Positions 44,802 to 55,073 of a stretch of DNA of 64,000 bases are shown here, one piece after another. A program made the translations under genes and the position numbers. The notes beneath the pieces were generated by a model that saw nothing but the letters and a program-made list of their open reading frames with translations, was not told the DNA's origin and searched no databases. Every line of letters starts with the position of its first letter. The stretch's first letter is position 1. The DNA is taken from the sequence record NC_061449.1. The stretch is one strand, 5' to 3'.

Positions 44802-45790
44802 TCGATTTCGCTGCTGTTAAATTCGACGAAGATCGTATGCCGTATATTGTTGAGCGCGGCGAGAAGGGTAAGTTTAAGCGTCGCTACCTGAATGATGCGG
44901 AACAACAAGCACACAAAGAGTGGGACGCCGAGCGTGTTCGTAAACTGAACGAAGCTGCCGTTCGTCCTGCTCGCGGCCAAACTGCATCGTTCCAGAACGT
45001 TGATACTGTCGGTGCTGATCGTGCCGCTGCGCGTAACTCTACTCTGCGTACCGGTTACGGTCCGACTGATGGTCCTACTGGTCCTGTCGGACCTGGACCT
45101 TGCCCTGCAGGTGAGTTCTCTCCGATCCCTCCATCAATCGAAAGCGGCTCAGACACAGACGTCCCTGTTGGTCCGCGTGTTGCGCGCCGCTCTGTCAGTC
45201 TGATGGATAGCATTGCGCATCTGACCATCGCGCTGTATGAGTTCGGCGCGATTGACAATGCCTGTGTTGCTGATCTGCGTTCGCGTATCATCGATCTGTT
45301 TGAAGGACAGAACGAAGACAGCGCTGGCACCATTCGTGAAGAAGGCGCACTGATTCCAGCCTACGACTATGTTCGTGGCATGGCGCACTACATGCACAAT
45401 GCGTACTTCGAGTCACGTACTCAGGCTCCATTAAAAGTTGTGGGCTGGCACGCCGCACCGATCATCACTCTGACTCAGTTCCTGATGGGTCAAGTATTCC
45501 CTGACGGTGATATGGCATCTCGCGCCCAGTCTGGCGTACTGCTCAACCGTGCGGATGAAGATATTCGTGCGCTCGCTCTGGACATTGTGACTGTCTACAA
45601 CAACATTCAGGCTGACATTAGCGAAACAGGTAATCGCCTGCTGGGTGAAGCACCTACCGAAATCGGTGAAATCAACGTAGGCTTCGGTGAACTGTCCAAG
45701 CTCGATGTTGTGCGTGGCGTTGATGAAATGCTGGAGTATCTGGTAATTCGCATCGACAGTCTGACACAGATGCTGCGCGATCAACTGTAA
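44798..45790 (+). CDS. hypothetical helical protein with Pro/Gly linker
   Basis: ATGA overlap; GPTDGPTGPVGPGPCP linker. Confidence 0.65.
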   Translation: MIDFAAVKFDEDRMPYIVERGEKGKFKRRYLNDAEQQAHKEWDAERVRKLNEAAVRPARGQTASFQNVDTVGADRAAARNSTLRTGYGPTDGPTGPVGPGPCPAGEFSPIPPSIESGSDTDVPVGPRVARRSVSLMDSIAHLTIALYEFGAIDNACVADLRSRIIDLFEGQNEDSAGTIREEGALIPAYDYVRGMAHYMHNAYFESRTQAPLKVVGWHAAPIITLTQFLMGQVFPDGDMASRAQSGVLLNRADEDIRALALDIVTVYNNIQADISETGNRLLGEAPTEIGEINVGFGELSKLDVVRGVDEMLEYLVIRIDSLTQMLRDQL

Positions 45791-45806
45791 TCTGCTATAG
45801 AAATAG

Positions 45807-45846
45807 AAAAGGGCGGCCCTCGTAATTGAGAGTCGCCCTTTTTTTT
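45807..45846. terminator. bidirectional intrinsic terminator between convergent gene blocks
   Basis: AAAAGGGCGGC…GTCGCCCTTTTTTTT, A-run on one side and T-run on the other. Confidence 0.85.
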
Positions 45847-45848
45847 CG

Positions 45849-46313
45849 TTATAGCGCTAAACCTATACCGATAGCTGCTGCAATGCGCGTCAACCACAAT
45901 TGAAAATCGGCAGACTTCTGATCTTCAATACGTGCCTTACGCTCTGCTGATAAGTCATCGGATAGTCCGTTCGCCCTCACCTCTTCGGCTTGAGCCAAAC
46001 GCAGTAGTTTGTTGCGTTCTTCAATCGTCAGGTTCAACACATCGAGTAACTTGTTTCGTTCTTCGGTGCGCGTCTTGTCTGACTCATACAAATTGATCAA
46101 ATCAACCATTCCCTTATTGTCGAGCACTGCAACCTTCTTGTCGTCTACAACTTTGACAACGACTTGAGGCTTGGCAGGAACGGCTTCCTTTTCCCACTCA
46201 ACACGATTGATCTGCTGAATGTCTTGCATGGTTGTTTTCTTGGTTGGTTCGATGCCAGACAACGAACTACAACCAGTAACTAGCAAGCACAGGAGTAACG
46301 TGATTATTTTCAT
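45849..46313 (-). CDS. spanin-like lipoprotein (o-spanin or unimolecular spanin)
   Basis: Lipobox LLVTG|C, coiled-coil, hydrophobic C-terminus WLTRIAAAIGIGLAL. Confidence 0.6.
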   Translation of the reverse strand: MKIITLLLCLLVTGCSSLSGIEPTKKTTMQDIQQINRVEWEKEAVPAKPQVVVKVVDDKKVAVLDNKGMVDLINLYESDKTRTEERNKLLDVLNLTIEERNKLLRLAQAEEVRANGLSDDLSAERKARIEDQKSADFQLWLTRIAAAIGIGLAL

Positions 46314-46606
46314 AGCTTATTGTACCTGTCCACCAGCTCGTCCATGCTGTCTTCTTTGGTCGGAGGCTTAACATCAGTCTCAGGCTTCCGCGTGTTCAGT
46401 TCTTTCACCGCCTCGTTGACAGTCTTGCTGTCTTGGACTTGGTTCTCGATTGCTGCTTCACGCGTATTGTCAGCGGCTTTCTGTTCACCTGCGGTAGTTG
46501 AAGGGCTTGTCTTCGGACGACGGAACAACAACGCCGTAACGACAAGCACAATAACAGATGCGAAAACCTTCCAGTATTTTCTCACGATCTCAATAGCCTT
46601 AGACAT
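46310..46606 (-). CDS. i-spanin-like inner-membrane protein
   Basis: N-terminal TM (VFASVIVLVVTALLF) followed by a polar periplasmic-type segment; overlaps the lipoprotein gene by 4 nt. Confidence 0.5.
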   Translation of the reverse strand: MSKAIEIVRKYWKVFASVIVLVVTALLFRRPKTSPSTTAGEQKAADNTREAAIENQVQDSKTVNEAVKELNTRKPETDVKPPTKEDSMDELVDRYNKL

Positions 46607-46620
46607 AATCACGCACTCCA

Positions 46621-46929
46621 CTATTCTGCTTTGTCTTTATCCTGCTCCTGCGCTTTGGTTGTCTGCATGTTGACAAGGTTCTCAACTGTGAACGCCAAAG
46701 AGAAGTAGGTAAGATGGTCTGTCTGGCCGTTCATCAGTAAACCAATGAACATACCTGTAGACACAAACACTGCGGCTACGGAGGAGATTGGATTCAGCGT
46801 CCAATACTCTTTCCAGTTTAAGCCTTCTCGCTTGGTCTTGACCACATAGTTCATCAAGACGCCGCCAACATATGAAAGAAAGAAGGCTACGATTTGAATC
46901 GTTGGCATTTGTGATAAAACATCACCCAT
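46621..46929 (-). CDS. holin-like membrane protein
   Basis: 102 aa, 2-3 TM, charged C-terminus, next to spanin-like genes. Confidence 0.5.
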   Translation of the reverse strand: MGDVLSQMPTIQIVAFFLSYVGGVLMNYVVKTKREGLNWKEYWTLNPISSVAAVFVSTGMFIGLLMNGQTDHLTYFSLAFTVENLVNMQTTKAQEQDKDKAE

Positions 46930-46950
46930 GTTTAATACTCCCTATTAGAC

Positions 46951-46980
46951 AAAAAGAAAGGGCAGCCGAAGCCGCCCTTA
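46951..46980 (-). terminator. intrinsic terminator (UUCG loop)
   Basis: Minus strand: AAGGGCGGC-TTCG-GCTGCCCTTTCTTTTT. Confidence 0.8.
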
Positions 46981-46984
46981 TCGA

Positions 46985-47224
46985 TCAAAGTTGATCAGCT
47001 GTGATCTGACCATCTTGATACAGTTCACGCTTGCGCGTTTTCCATGCAGAGGAGACTTCTGAGAAGAACTCCTTCATACGGTCGTCGTCAAGTTCAAACG
47101 GTTGCTGTACGCCATACTTCTCGCACATACCGTTAAACGTTGTCGCGTACTCTTGTTGAAGCAGAGATTTGTCAGCGCTCACGCTCGTGTACTGCTGCGC
47201 TTTCAGGGCTACTGTTAGTTGCAT
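46985..47224 (-). CDS. small hypothetical protein
   Basis: KYGV…ELDDDRMKEFF…WK phage-type motif; GAGG RBS. Confidence 0.6.
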   Translation of the reverse strand: MQLTVALKAQQYTSVSADKSLLQQEYATTFNGMCEKYGVQQPFELDDDRMKEFFSEVSSAWKTRKRELYQDGQITADQL

Positions 47225-47259
47225 GATACCGTCCTCTTAATGTGTACTCGCATAAATTA

Positions 47260-47859
47260 TTATACGAATTTCAAAATGAGGTCGTTGACGATCACTGCTT
47301 TCGACTGGTCGGTAGGTGCAGTGTTGTTTGCATACACCTTGCCTCCAACGAGTTTCAAATCAGCGTTCGAGTTCTCATTGCCTACACTACAGATAGCGAG
47401 GAATGCAGCACCTACATCGTTGTTGCCTGTCTGCAAGTTTACCGTATTCGAGTACGCACCTACAACGATACACCAAGTAGGCGTAGCGTCTTTCAGGAAG
47501 TAACACGAACGGTTATCACTGTACGAAACAGCAAGACGCATGTTCATCGCAGACGCAAGCAGCACAGGAACGTTAGCAGCATTAAGCGTCATCGCAGCCT
47601 TGTTGCCCGTCACACCACCAACATAATCAGCAACACGCGCAGACAGCAGTGGTCCCATACGCGTGTATATAGCGTTGTTACTCGCCAACTGAGTTGCCTC
47701 TGCAAGCAGAGCCTGAACTTCTGCTTTAGTAGGCATCGTGCCAGTATAAAACAGAATTGAGTTAGCAGTCGTGGTGAACGCTGTAGGGACTGAGGCACTC
47801 ACGAGGCTACTGTACGCGTTACGCATCATTGCGTTTGCCGTCGCAGGGAGCATTTTCAT
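47260..47859 (-). CDS. virion structural/fibre paralog (short type)
   Basis: FYTGTMPT…ATPTWCI…SVGNENSNADLKLVGG. Confidence 0.65.
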   Translation of the reverse strand: MKMLPATANAMMRNAYSSLVSASVPTAFTTTANSILFYTGTMPTKAEVQALLAEATQLASNNAIYTRMGPLLSARVADYVGGVTGNKAAMTLNAANVPVLLASAMNMRLAVSYSDNRSCYFLKDATPTWCIVVGAYSNTVNLQTGNNDVGAAFLAICSVGNENSNADLKLVGGKVYANNTAPTDQSKAVIVNDLILKFV

Positions 47860-48770
47860 TACACACCCTCCAGGAAGTTATCTGCGATACGAATAGTTAA
47901 ATCAGATACGGCCATAGTGCCATACTGACCAATAGACGACGTACCCAGAGTAATGTCAGCACCTACATCAAGCACCATGCCGTAGTAATCTTCTGGCACA
48001 GAACCCATATAAGCAGCAACGCCAGTTGGCACTGCGAGAGTCAGCGGAACAAGCACCACATGCGTGAATGCAGCAACAACAAAGTCACTTGCTTTCTCTG
48101 CGTAAGGTGTGAACATCAACTGGTTGGTAGACGCCGTACCGTTCATGCTCAAGCGCAGTTTACGGGCCACGATATCCAGACCGTCATTCATGCCTGACAC
48201 CACAGTAATGCGCGTCCAGACAAGAGTAGTAGGGTCCTGATACTCAAGACGGATATTGCCTGTATTGATCGCGCTTGCATTAGGTACGAAGATAGAACGA
48301 AAACGCAGAGTACGACCATAATCGTATTCTACAATATCGTTAGAATCCATAGAAGGACCTACACTGACAACCGTGTCAGAGCAAGCAGCAATGTTTGCCA
48401 GTACCTGCTGAGGAGTCTTCGACCATCCAGCTTGCGGTGTATAGCGAGAATACTCGGGATAGACAGCATACGTCTGCACAGCTTGTTTGGTCACAGGGTC
48501 AAACATCATACGACCTTGACCATACCCGCCGATAGGCATCAGACTGCGCACACGCGAGAACTGACGACAAAGAATACCGTTAGCATCTGCTACTTGTGTC
48601 TGATACTTTAGCTCGACAGCGGCGCGTGAACTCGCAACCAAATCGACGAACGATTTAGGTACGCTGCTACTACTACCAGTGCGGAAGAACGCTGCCCACC
48701 CACTGGAGTTAGCCAACGTACCGACTGTTTGCAGTAGCTGATACAGCGCTTGCTTTTCAGAGGTAATCAT
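47859..48770 (-). CDS. virion structural/fibre paralog (long type, discoidin-like insert)
   Basis: VEYDYGRTL…LEYQD…WTRI…ARKLRL. Confidence 0.6.
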   Translation of the reverse strand: MITSEKQALYQLLQTVGTLANSSGWAAFFRTGSSSSVPKSFVDLVASSRAAVELKYQTQVADANGILCRQFSRVRSLMPIGGYGQGRMMFDPVTKQAVQTYAVYPEYSRYTPQAGWSKTPQQVLANIAACSDTVVSVGPSMDSNDIVEYDYGRTLRFRSIFVPNASAINTGNIRLEYQDPTTLVWTRITVVSGMNDGLDIVARKLRLSMNGTASTNQLMFTPYAEKASDFVVAAFTHVVLVPLTLAVPTGVAAYMGSVPEDYYGMVLDVGADITLGTSSIGQYGTMAVSDLTIRIADNFLEGV

Positions 48771-48779
48771 AAATCCTCC

Positions 48780-49313
48780 TTAGAATTTGATACGCAGATC
48801 GGCAAGGCGCACAGGCTGGTTGAGAGCAACAGTACCACCGAGGATGCGCATATCAGCATTGGAGTTTTCATCGCCCACAGTGCCTGTAATGATGACTGTG
48901 GCGATGTTACCGTTAGAGAAGCCTCCCCACGCGTCCGATGTTTGTGCCGCTGTTGTCATACGCAGCATGAACCACGTAGGAGTTCCAGCAGCAGCCACAG
49001 TAGCAAGGCTAGACTGACCGCCGAGAGGTAACGACAAGATGTTGTTGTCGTAGTCCATTGTTGGCGTGATTGCCTGAACAGCGCAGTTGGCCAACATCTG
49101 AGATTGCGCCGCGAACGCCGAAATAGTGCTGGCTGTCCACGTAAACTGAGAAGCGGTTGTTGTGTTAAGTGCAGTTAACTGGTCGTCAGTAGGAGGCGTA
49201 CCCGAGAACAGCGCAACATGGATCAAGTTAGCTGCGATGCTAGACCCTGGTGTCATGCGTTGGAAAAGAGCGGCCATTGCCTGAGTGCTGTTGTATGCTT
49301 TAGACGCGCGCAT
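48780..49313 (-). CDS. virion structural/fibre paralog (short type)
   Basis: LFSGTPPT…AGTPTWF…GTVGDENSNADMRILGG; start reassigned to ATG 49313. Confidence 0.65.
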   Translation of the reverse strand: MRASKAYNSTQAMAALFQRMTPGSSIAANLIHVALFSGTPPTDDQLTALNTTTASQFTWTASTISAFAAQSQMLANCAVQAITPTMDYDNNILSLPLGGQSSLATVAAAGTPTWFMLRMTTAAQTSDAWGGFSNGNIATVIITGTVGDENSNADMRILGGTVALNQPVRLADLRIKF

Positions 49314-49314
49314 A

Positions 49315-50379
49315 TTAATAAACCTCCAGTGTTGCAGGACGATACGTAACAGTAAACGCACCAACAGCCTGTTCTTGGCCAGGTACGACGGTAGCATCGT
49401 TAAGCAGAAGATCGAAGTTCGCACTCTGCTTGAGATCGTCAGTGACGGTCAGACCGTAATGTGCGAAGATACGACTGTACGACACAGGGTTAATGTTAAT
49501 ACCAATTGAGATAGAACCCCATGAAGAACCGTAGATGACAGGCATCATCACCGCATGTTGGATCTTACCAAGAGTACGAGGAGAAGTACCAGCAGCATAG
49601 TCTCCGTAGAACTGAAGGGCAAAGGCACCATAGCCTGTAGATGCAAACGGGTTAGCAGCAGCTTTAGAAACAAAGCGGAAGCGACGACCTTGAACAGTCG
49701 CAGGCAGTTGATAGTATCGCTCAACGTTCGAGGTGTTGATTGCCAGATACGTAGTCACGTTAACAACATCGGTCCAAGTGCTACCATTCTGTACCTGCAA
49801 GTACAGAGCATTTGCAACAGCGGAATTGAGAACGTTGTTTGTACCAGTAGTCAGCGTAAGAGCGCCGAGTGAATTGAGAACAATCTCGGCGCCGAAGTCA
49901 TACTCAGCAATAGTCCACGAACCATCAGCGTTCGCAGTCTTGACCGGAATCACAGAAGAAGTAGATGACGGCGCAGCACACGCAGACTGAGTAGCAGATG
50001 TTGTAGAGCAGCAACGATGCAGCAGAATAGTAGCAAACAGCATGTCCAGTTGATACTGGAAGTTAGTGATGTTGGCTGCCACGTCCTGATATACGGCACT
50101 GTAGCCTGCAAAGGTAACTTTAGGCAACACACGTTTGCCGCGATACCCCTGAGCAGTAGTCCATGCTGGTGGGGGTGACGTCTGATAGCTGGTGGTGTTA
50201 GGAATAAGGTTCTGTTGTCCGCCTCCTGCTTGTGACTGCAAGAACGCACGACCAGATACCATGTTGTTCAGCAGCGTTTGCAGATCGTAGTTGACAACAG
50301 CAGGAAGATTCCCTTCCATAAATGCACCGTACATGACTGTAAGTGCGTTTTGATAAATCGGTAGGATTTTCATATTCAT
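49315..50379 (-). CDS. virion structural/fibre paralog (long type, discoidin-like insert)
   Basis: WTIAEYDFGAEI…LQVQNGSTWTDV…GRRFRFV. Confidence 0.65.
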   Translation of the reverse strand: MNMKILPIYQNALTVMYGAFMEGNLPAVVNYDLQTLLNNMVSGRAFLQSQAGGGQQNLIPNTTSYQTSPPPAWTTAQGYRGKRVLPKVTFAGYSAVYQDVAANITNFQYQLDMLFATILLHRCCSTTSATQSACAAPSSTSSVIPVKTANADGSWTIAEYDFGAEIVLNSLGALTLTTGTNNVLNSAVANALYLQVQNGSTWTDVVNVTTYLAINTSNVERYYQLPATVQGRRFRFVSKAAANPFASTGYGAFALQFYGDYAAGTSPRTLGKIQHAVMMPVIYGSSWGSISIGININPVSYSRIFAHYGLTVTDDLKQSANFDLLLNDATVVPGQEQAVGAFTVTYRPATLEVY

Positions 50380-50410
50380 ACCCTTGGTTTAAAGACAGTT
50401 CAAATTAATG

Positions 50411-50434
50411 ACGTGGCAGCCGAAGCCACCACGT
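50411..50434 (-). terminator. UUCG hairpin, probable terminator or processing site
   Basis: Minus strand GTGGTGGC-TTCG-GCTGCCAC; no clear U-tract. Confidence 0.5.
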
Positions 50435-50439
50435 GTGTC

Positions 50440-50964
50440 TTACAGTTGAATGGTAAGATCGAGGAAGCGATATGCTTGACCTGTCTTAATCGTACCGCCA
50501 ATGAACTGTAGTTCTGCATCACTGCCTTGAGCGCCAACAGAACCAATCCAGAATGGACCGCTAATGTATGCGCTATTTGCAAATCCGATCCAGTTGTTCG
50601 TAGCATTAGCAGGACAGATACGTGCGACGTAGAACGTAGGAGTACCATCGGCGACCCCCACAAGAGTGGATGCTTGGCCCGCAAGAGGCAAAGTAACTGT
50701 TCGAGTGCCTACGTTGACAATAGGTGTGATTGCGGCAGAGGCCAACACACCTAAGCAGTCAGACGAGCTAAGTCCGAGGTTGTTGCACACGAAACCCCAG
50801 TTAAGCAGGCTGTTAACAGCATTTGGGCCCATAGCATCTAATGCCTTGCTGATCTTCGGTGCAGTGCCTTTGAACAGACCGATATGAAGTGTGTTCGCAG
50901 CCAAAGTCGAAGCAGGAAAAGCTGCATTCATCTGAGCGAGCGAAAGACCTTTGTTACTAATCAT
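50440..50964 (-). CDS. virion structural/fibre paralog (short type)
   Basis: LFKGTAP…DGTPTFY…GSVGAQGSDAELQFIGG. Confidence 0.65.
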   Translation of the reverse strand: MISNKGLSLAQMNAAFPASTLAANTLHIGLFKGTAPKISKALDAMGPNAVNSLLNWGFVCNNLGLSSSDCLGVLASAAITPIVNVGTRTVTLPLAGQASTLVGVADGTPTFYVARICPANATNNWIGFANSAYISGPFWIGSVGAQGSDAELQFIGGTIKTGQAYRFLDLTIQL

Positions 50965-52037
50965 GCGCCCCTCCCGACGATAGCATCTTGTTTAACGCGA
51001 AACATCGGTACAGGTGCTTCGCCAAGCGCAAAGCTGTACGTTGTGTCTGGCATCAGCACGTCATACGAACCTGCCTGTTTGATATCGTCTGTGACAGTAA
51101 GGTGCGTCATACCAAAGTAGCGACCAGCGGCAGTTGCCTGAGCTGCGGGCACGTTGAAGTTCCACGGTGTGCTATTTGCATAGCTTGCGTAGTGCATCAG
51201 GTTAAGTACAGACATGTGCTTGTACTTACCTAACGTTCGTGGCTTAGTTCCTGTGTAGTTACCGTAGAACTGTAAGCTGAACGGATAGTGCCCTGTAGTT
51301 GACCACGGCCATGATGCTGTTTTGTTGATTAAACGGAACTTCTGTGCTTTGATTGTAGCAGGAAGCGTGTATGCCATAGGCGACCAGTTAGTCGTTGTGC
51401 GTACATTCGCATAACAGTCAACAGCATCTACCCACTGACCATCAACATAGGCTTGCAGCCAAGTACCATTAGTACCCAATGCCATAAGCGAACTTACAGT
51501 CGCTCCTACAGAGATTCCCACCAGACCTTTAAGTTCCATCTCGGCCCCGAAATCATATTCTGCAATCAACCAGTTACCGGCTTCTGTCAGATTGTATTGG
51601 GGGCTTAGATAGTAGCCTGTGCCTGTAGAGAACTGAGTACCGTAAGTACCCATTTTATGTGCCAGAATAGTTATTGCCACACTTTCGTTATATGCGTTGA
51701 CGATGTTTGCAAAACGAGCGTCCAGCGCAGGCAGACGGACCTTAGGTACTATGCGGGTGAGAGCACCGATAGCAGCTCCGTAACCCAAGTTGCCACTGAA
51801 CTCTACCCACGCAGGATAGAAGTTCGTGCCGAGAAAAGTTGAGGCAGTTACAGGAGTAAATTGCCAACGAAACGGTGCGACTGATACTGGCTGCTTTTGA
51901 AATAAGCGAATAGTGATAGCATCATTGAACGTGCTGTGAATACCGCGTTCGCCGCCAGCAGGCACATCCGTGTCATACAACAGACCTAGAGCGAACACAG
52001 AAGCTACGTTCGCTGCCTGATACGGAAAGAGTTCCAT
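50961..52037 (-). CDS. virion structural/fibre paralog (long type)
   Basis: WLIAEYDFGAEM…LQAYVDGQWVD…AQKFRLI; clearly paralogous to 49315..50379. Confidence 0.65.
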   Translation of the reverse strand: MELFPYQAANVASVFALGLLYDTDVPAGGERGIHSTFNDAITIRLFQKQPVSVAPFRWQFTPVTASTFLGTNFYPAWVEFSGNLGYGAAIGALTRIVPKVRLPALDARFANIVNAYNESVAITILAHKMGTYGTQFSTGTGYYLSPQYNLTEAGNWLIAEYDFGAEMELKGLVGISVGATVSSLMALGTNGTWLQAYVDGQWVDAVDCYANVRTTTNWSPMAYTLPATIKAQKFRLINKTASWPWSTTGHYPFSLQFYGNYTGTKPRTLGKYKHMSVLNLMHYASYANSTPWNFNVPAAQATAAGRYFGMTHLTVTDDIKQAGSYDVLMPDTTYSFALGEAPVPMFRVKQDAIVGRGA

Positions 52038-52046
52038 AATGCGTCC

Positions 52047-52625
52047 TTAGCTGAATGTGATGTTGTTGAGGGAGATAGTGCCATTCAGGTTGAACGTACC
52101 ATCACCGTTGTCTGTTAGTGGTGCACCCATGCTAATAAGGTCTTGCGGGGTGAACTCAAACACGGAAGCAATCGCCGCAGTACCTGTAGACATAACAGTT
52201 GTGTTAGTGCCAATCATCAGGTACATACGGTTGAATGCTTTCGCGTAACTGAAACGGCCAAGCGAGTTATTCAGGTCAAGTGTGCGCTTACCTCCACCAA
52301 CGTTGATTACGCGGACGATGCCAGAAGAAGCAAACGCAGTGTCCATTACTACACCCGGTGCGTTTGCTGCCAAATAAGTACGCAACGTGCTAAGACTGAA
52401 CAGGGCTTGCGCTTGGTTGCTCCATACATCATCTGGTACAGTGTCTCCCGAAGAGAACACAATGATTGCTGTAGGCTCAGTTGACGTAGGCATACCGCCT
52501 GACTGCAAATTACCAGAACTGTATCCAGTAATGGAATATGGCGACCATGGCCATTCTATTGTAGGGTTGATGGTAGACCCTAAAGAATCGCCGCGCATGT
52601 TGAGCATCGCTTTGGAGATATACAT
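52047..52625 (-). CDS. virion structural paralog (short, diverged)
   Basis: IIVFSSGDTVP; same size and position pattern as the other short members. Confidence 0.55.
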   Translation of the reverse strand: MYISKAMLNMRGDSLGSTINPTIEWPWSPYSITGYSSGNLQSGGMPTSTEPTAIIVFSSGDTVPDDVWSNQAQALFSLSTLRTYLAANAPGVVMDTAFASSGIVRVINVGGGKRTLDLNNSLGRFSYAKAFNRMYLMIGTNTTVMSTGTAAIASVFEFTPQDLISMGAPLTDNGDGTFNLNGTISLNNITFS

Positions 52626-53527
52626 CAGCTACTCCTCTGTGTGAAGCGAAGTTTAGGACAATACATCATGTTCTTCTTACTCGGAATAACCTGTTCAGTT
52701 AACTTGAACGGCCCCTGAGTACCGACAGCTCCGGCAGTGAACATGATTTCATCACTGTAGTTTATGTCGCCGTGGGTGAACGTGTTGCAGTGTGCGAGCG
52801 CTGCCCACGTAGGCGAAGTCACAGCAGCAGAAGACGGCACATCCACATCAGACAGGAACACATGAGGAACATGCGGACCGCCAGATGCGTTGTACTTGTA
52901 GCGATACTTCTTAGAAGCAACAGGGGATGAAAGCACACGACAGTTTGCATCCCCAGCCAGAGCAGAAGTAGCACCGAGTTGGATTTCATCACCGTTATCA
53001 TTCACCGCCACAAGGATGAAGCTATTGTTCGGAGTAGCGTTGTACTTCAGGTATTTGATCGTCACTGGAGTATCAAACTCGAAGTCGATATCCATCTGAG
53101 GGAATCGTGCCAGAGGTGCGCCGATACTTCCAGCGCCAATCAATGGTGTGATGTTACGATCAGTAGTGACTGAACGAGTGATACGATGAGGCACAAGTTG
53201 AGATACCACAATAGCAGCAGTGCCAATGGTCCCATAGTACGATACCCCTTTAGGTATGTACTGAGATTGCAGAGCAAGTGCAATGACGTTGCCGTTCTCA
53301 ATCCCAGTAATGGGGTTTCGCACAATACCGATAGCCTGATTATACATATCGGCAAGTGACTTATTGTTGAAGGCCGCTTCGAAGCCCTCTTTTGACGTAG
53401 GCAGTTTGCCACTGAACGCGAAGATATTCCAGCCTGCACCAACATTAGGATCATTGATCAGGCCGGCAGTATTCGTGATAGAGCCTAAAACTGACTGCGC
53501 CATTATACGTGTGTTAATGATCTTCAT
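52625..53527 (-). CDS. virion structural/fibre paralog (long type)
   Basis: IFAFSGKLPT, IDFEFDTPV…SKKYRY, GAVGTQG. Confidence 0.6.
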   Translation of the reverse strand: MKIINTRIMAQSVLGSITNTAGLINDPNVGAGWNIFAFSGKLPTSKEGFEAAFNNKSLADMYNQAIGIVRNPITGIENGNVIALALQSQYIPKGVSYYGTIGTAAIVVSQLVPHRITRSVTTDRNITPLIGAGSIGAPLARFPQMDIDFEFDTPVTIKYLKYNATPNNSFILVAVNDNGDEIQLGATSALAGDANCRVLSSPVASKKYRYKYNASGGPHVPHVFLSDVDVPSSAAVTSPTWAALAHCNTFTHGDINYSDEIMFTAGAVGTQGPFKLTEQVIPSKKNMMYCPKLRFTQRSS

Positions 53528-53982
53528 TAGCTCACCACCGGTGCAACAGATTTGTTATTTGCTTTCGTGTCGGACAGATCAAGCGCAGGCACCGACACAC
53601 GGAACACGATGTTATCGTACAGAGGTTCGATCGTTTGGTCTGTGACGAAAGACCCTGTGACGAGCGGTGCGTCTATACGAGGCGCGGCTAGATTAGACGC
53701 GAACGTCCGTGGCGTAAACTTAGACTGCACCTGAGTAGCGAGAGCACCCACCAGCACAATCTGATCAACCATATTGACCTGCTGCGCCTTTATCTGAGCG
53801 CGGCTATAAGTAACAAGGTTAAGCTGGTCCGCATCCGTTAGACGCTGACGGGTTGTTGTCGAAATACCCTCGGCAGTGCTACGCTTGTATGGTTGAGAGT
53901 CAGAACTGATCTCAATCTGAGACAGGACGAACACGAAGTCTGCAAAGAGATCTGGGTCATACGCAATAACTGGTACGAACAT
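53527..53982 (-). CDS. hypothetical structural protein
   Basis: Coupled ORF inside the array. Confidence 0.55.
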   Translation of the reverse strand: MFVPVIAYDPDLFADFVFVLSQIEISSDSQPYKRSTAEGISTTTRQRLTDADQLNLVTYSRAQIKAQQVNMVDQIVLVGALATQVQSKFTPRTFASNLAAPRIDAPLVTGSFVTDQTIEPLYDNIVFRVSVPALDLSDTKANNKSVAPVVS

Positions 53983-53983
53983 G

Positions 53984-55072
53984 TTATACTCCTTGTCTCA
54001 CGCTGTATCTGTTAATGATAGGCGTGTATGCGGCATTGCCTCCACCGTAACCACCAGTTACCTGCTGTATTGTTGCCGACACAGGTTTCTGAATTGCGTA
54101 GACAAACTGGTCAACTTGCTCGCCATCAAGGAAGACTGTGTGCGTGTTGGTGTTTGCGTCGTACACATACTTGAAGTGTACAACACGGCCCGACCACAAG
54201 GCAGCGTATGGTGATATAGGACGAACCACTTTTGCAGGCGCACTGCTTTGGTTTGCATTGTTCCAAATCAGCAGGCCTTTCTCATTGGAGCGGTCGAATG
54301 CGATAGCCAGTCTGTCTGTTAGGCTTGTGCCAATTTTAATCAGCGACCATTCAGCGTAGTCAGCAGTACCTGACTGGCTGTAGTCACACTCAATAGTGAA
54401 CGATTTGCTGCAATCAAAGTTAGGTACAGACGGTGTGGATATTACACCAGCAGTCCCGAGATCAATACCCTGACTGTCTGTAGATACTTTGGCGCCCGTG
54501 GATGTGTACGCAAGGCCAACATAGTCCGTGAAGGCTCCAGTGTTGAAGCATCCAAGGTCGAACGCTGTATACTCAGATCCAGTAAGCCATGTAGCACCCG
54601 TAGTTTCAGTCCACATCTGCGTCAGGCTAATCGAGAACGCGAGAATAGTAATCTGCGTCTTGTAGCCGTTCGGGTCGAACTTAACGTTCAGGTCAGGATA
54701 GAGCAGCGTAACGTCTGTACCAACAGTGAGACATATAGGCAGGATGCCACCGAGAATCAAATGTGTCGGTACACCCTCAGCCGTAGCAGTAAGAGAGCAA
54801 TCAGAGATAGACAGCTTGTTACGGTCGATAGTACGAACGCAGTTGGTACCTTTGGCAATCACGGTACAAATGCCTGTAGATGCAGCAAGAGCAGCATCAA
54901 ATACGTAACCGGCACCTGTAGCAGCCTGAAAGTTCAGACACTTGTTAATGTCTGCTTCTGTGTAGCCGCTATTGAGTTTCACCAGATAGCAGGACTTATC
55001 GTCCGCTGCGCTCTGGGCAAACAGTCGTGATAACTGAGGCACAGCAGAGTTTGCGAATAACTTATAGTTCAT
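53984..55072 (-). CDS. structural protein with C-terminal LamG/ConA-like domain
   Basis: FTIECDY…HFKYVYD…VFLDGEQV; start reassigned to ATG 55072. Confidence 0.6.
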   Translation of the reverse strand: MNYKLFANSAVPQLSRLFAQSAADDKSCYLVKLNSGYTEADINKCLNFQAATGAGYVFDAALAASTGICTVIAKGTNCVRTIDRNKLSISDCSLTATAEGVPTHLILGGILPICLTVGTDVTLLYPDLNVKFDPNGYKTQITILAFSISLTQMWTETTGATWLTGSEYTAFDLGCFNTGAFTDYVGLAYTSTGAKVSTDSQGIDLGTAGVISTPSVPNFDCSKSFTIECDYSQSGTADYAEWSLIKIGTSLTDRLAIAFDRSNEKGLLIWNNANQSSAPAKVVRPISPYAALWSGRVVHFKYVYDANTNTHTVFLDGEQVDQFVYAIQKPVSATIQQVTGGYGGGNAAYTPIINRYSVRQGV

Positions 55073-55073
55073 G

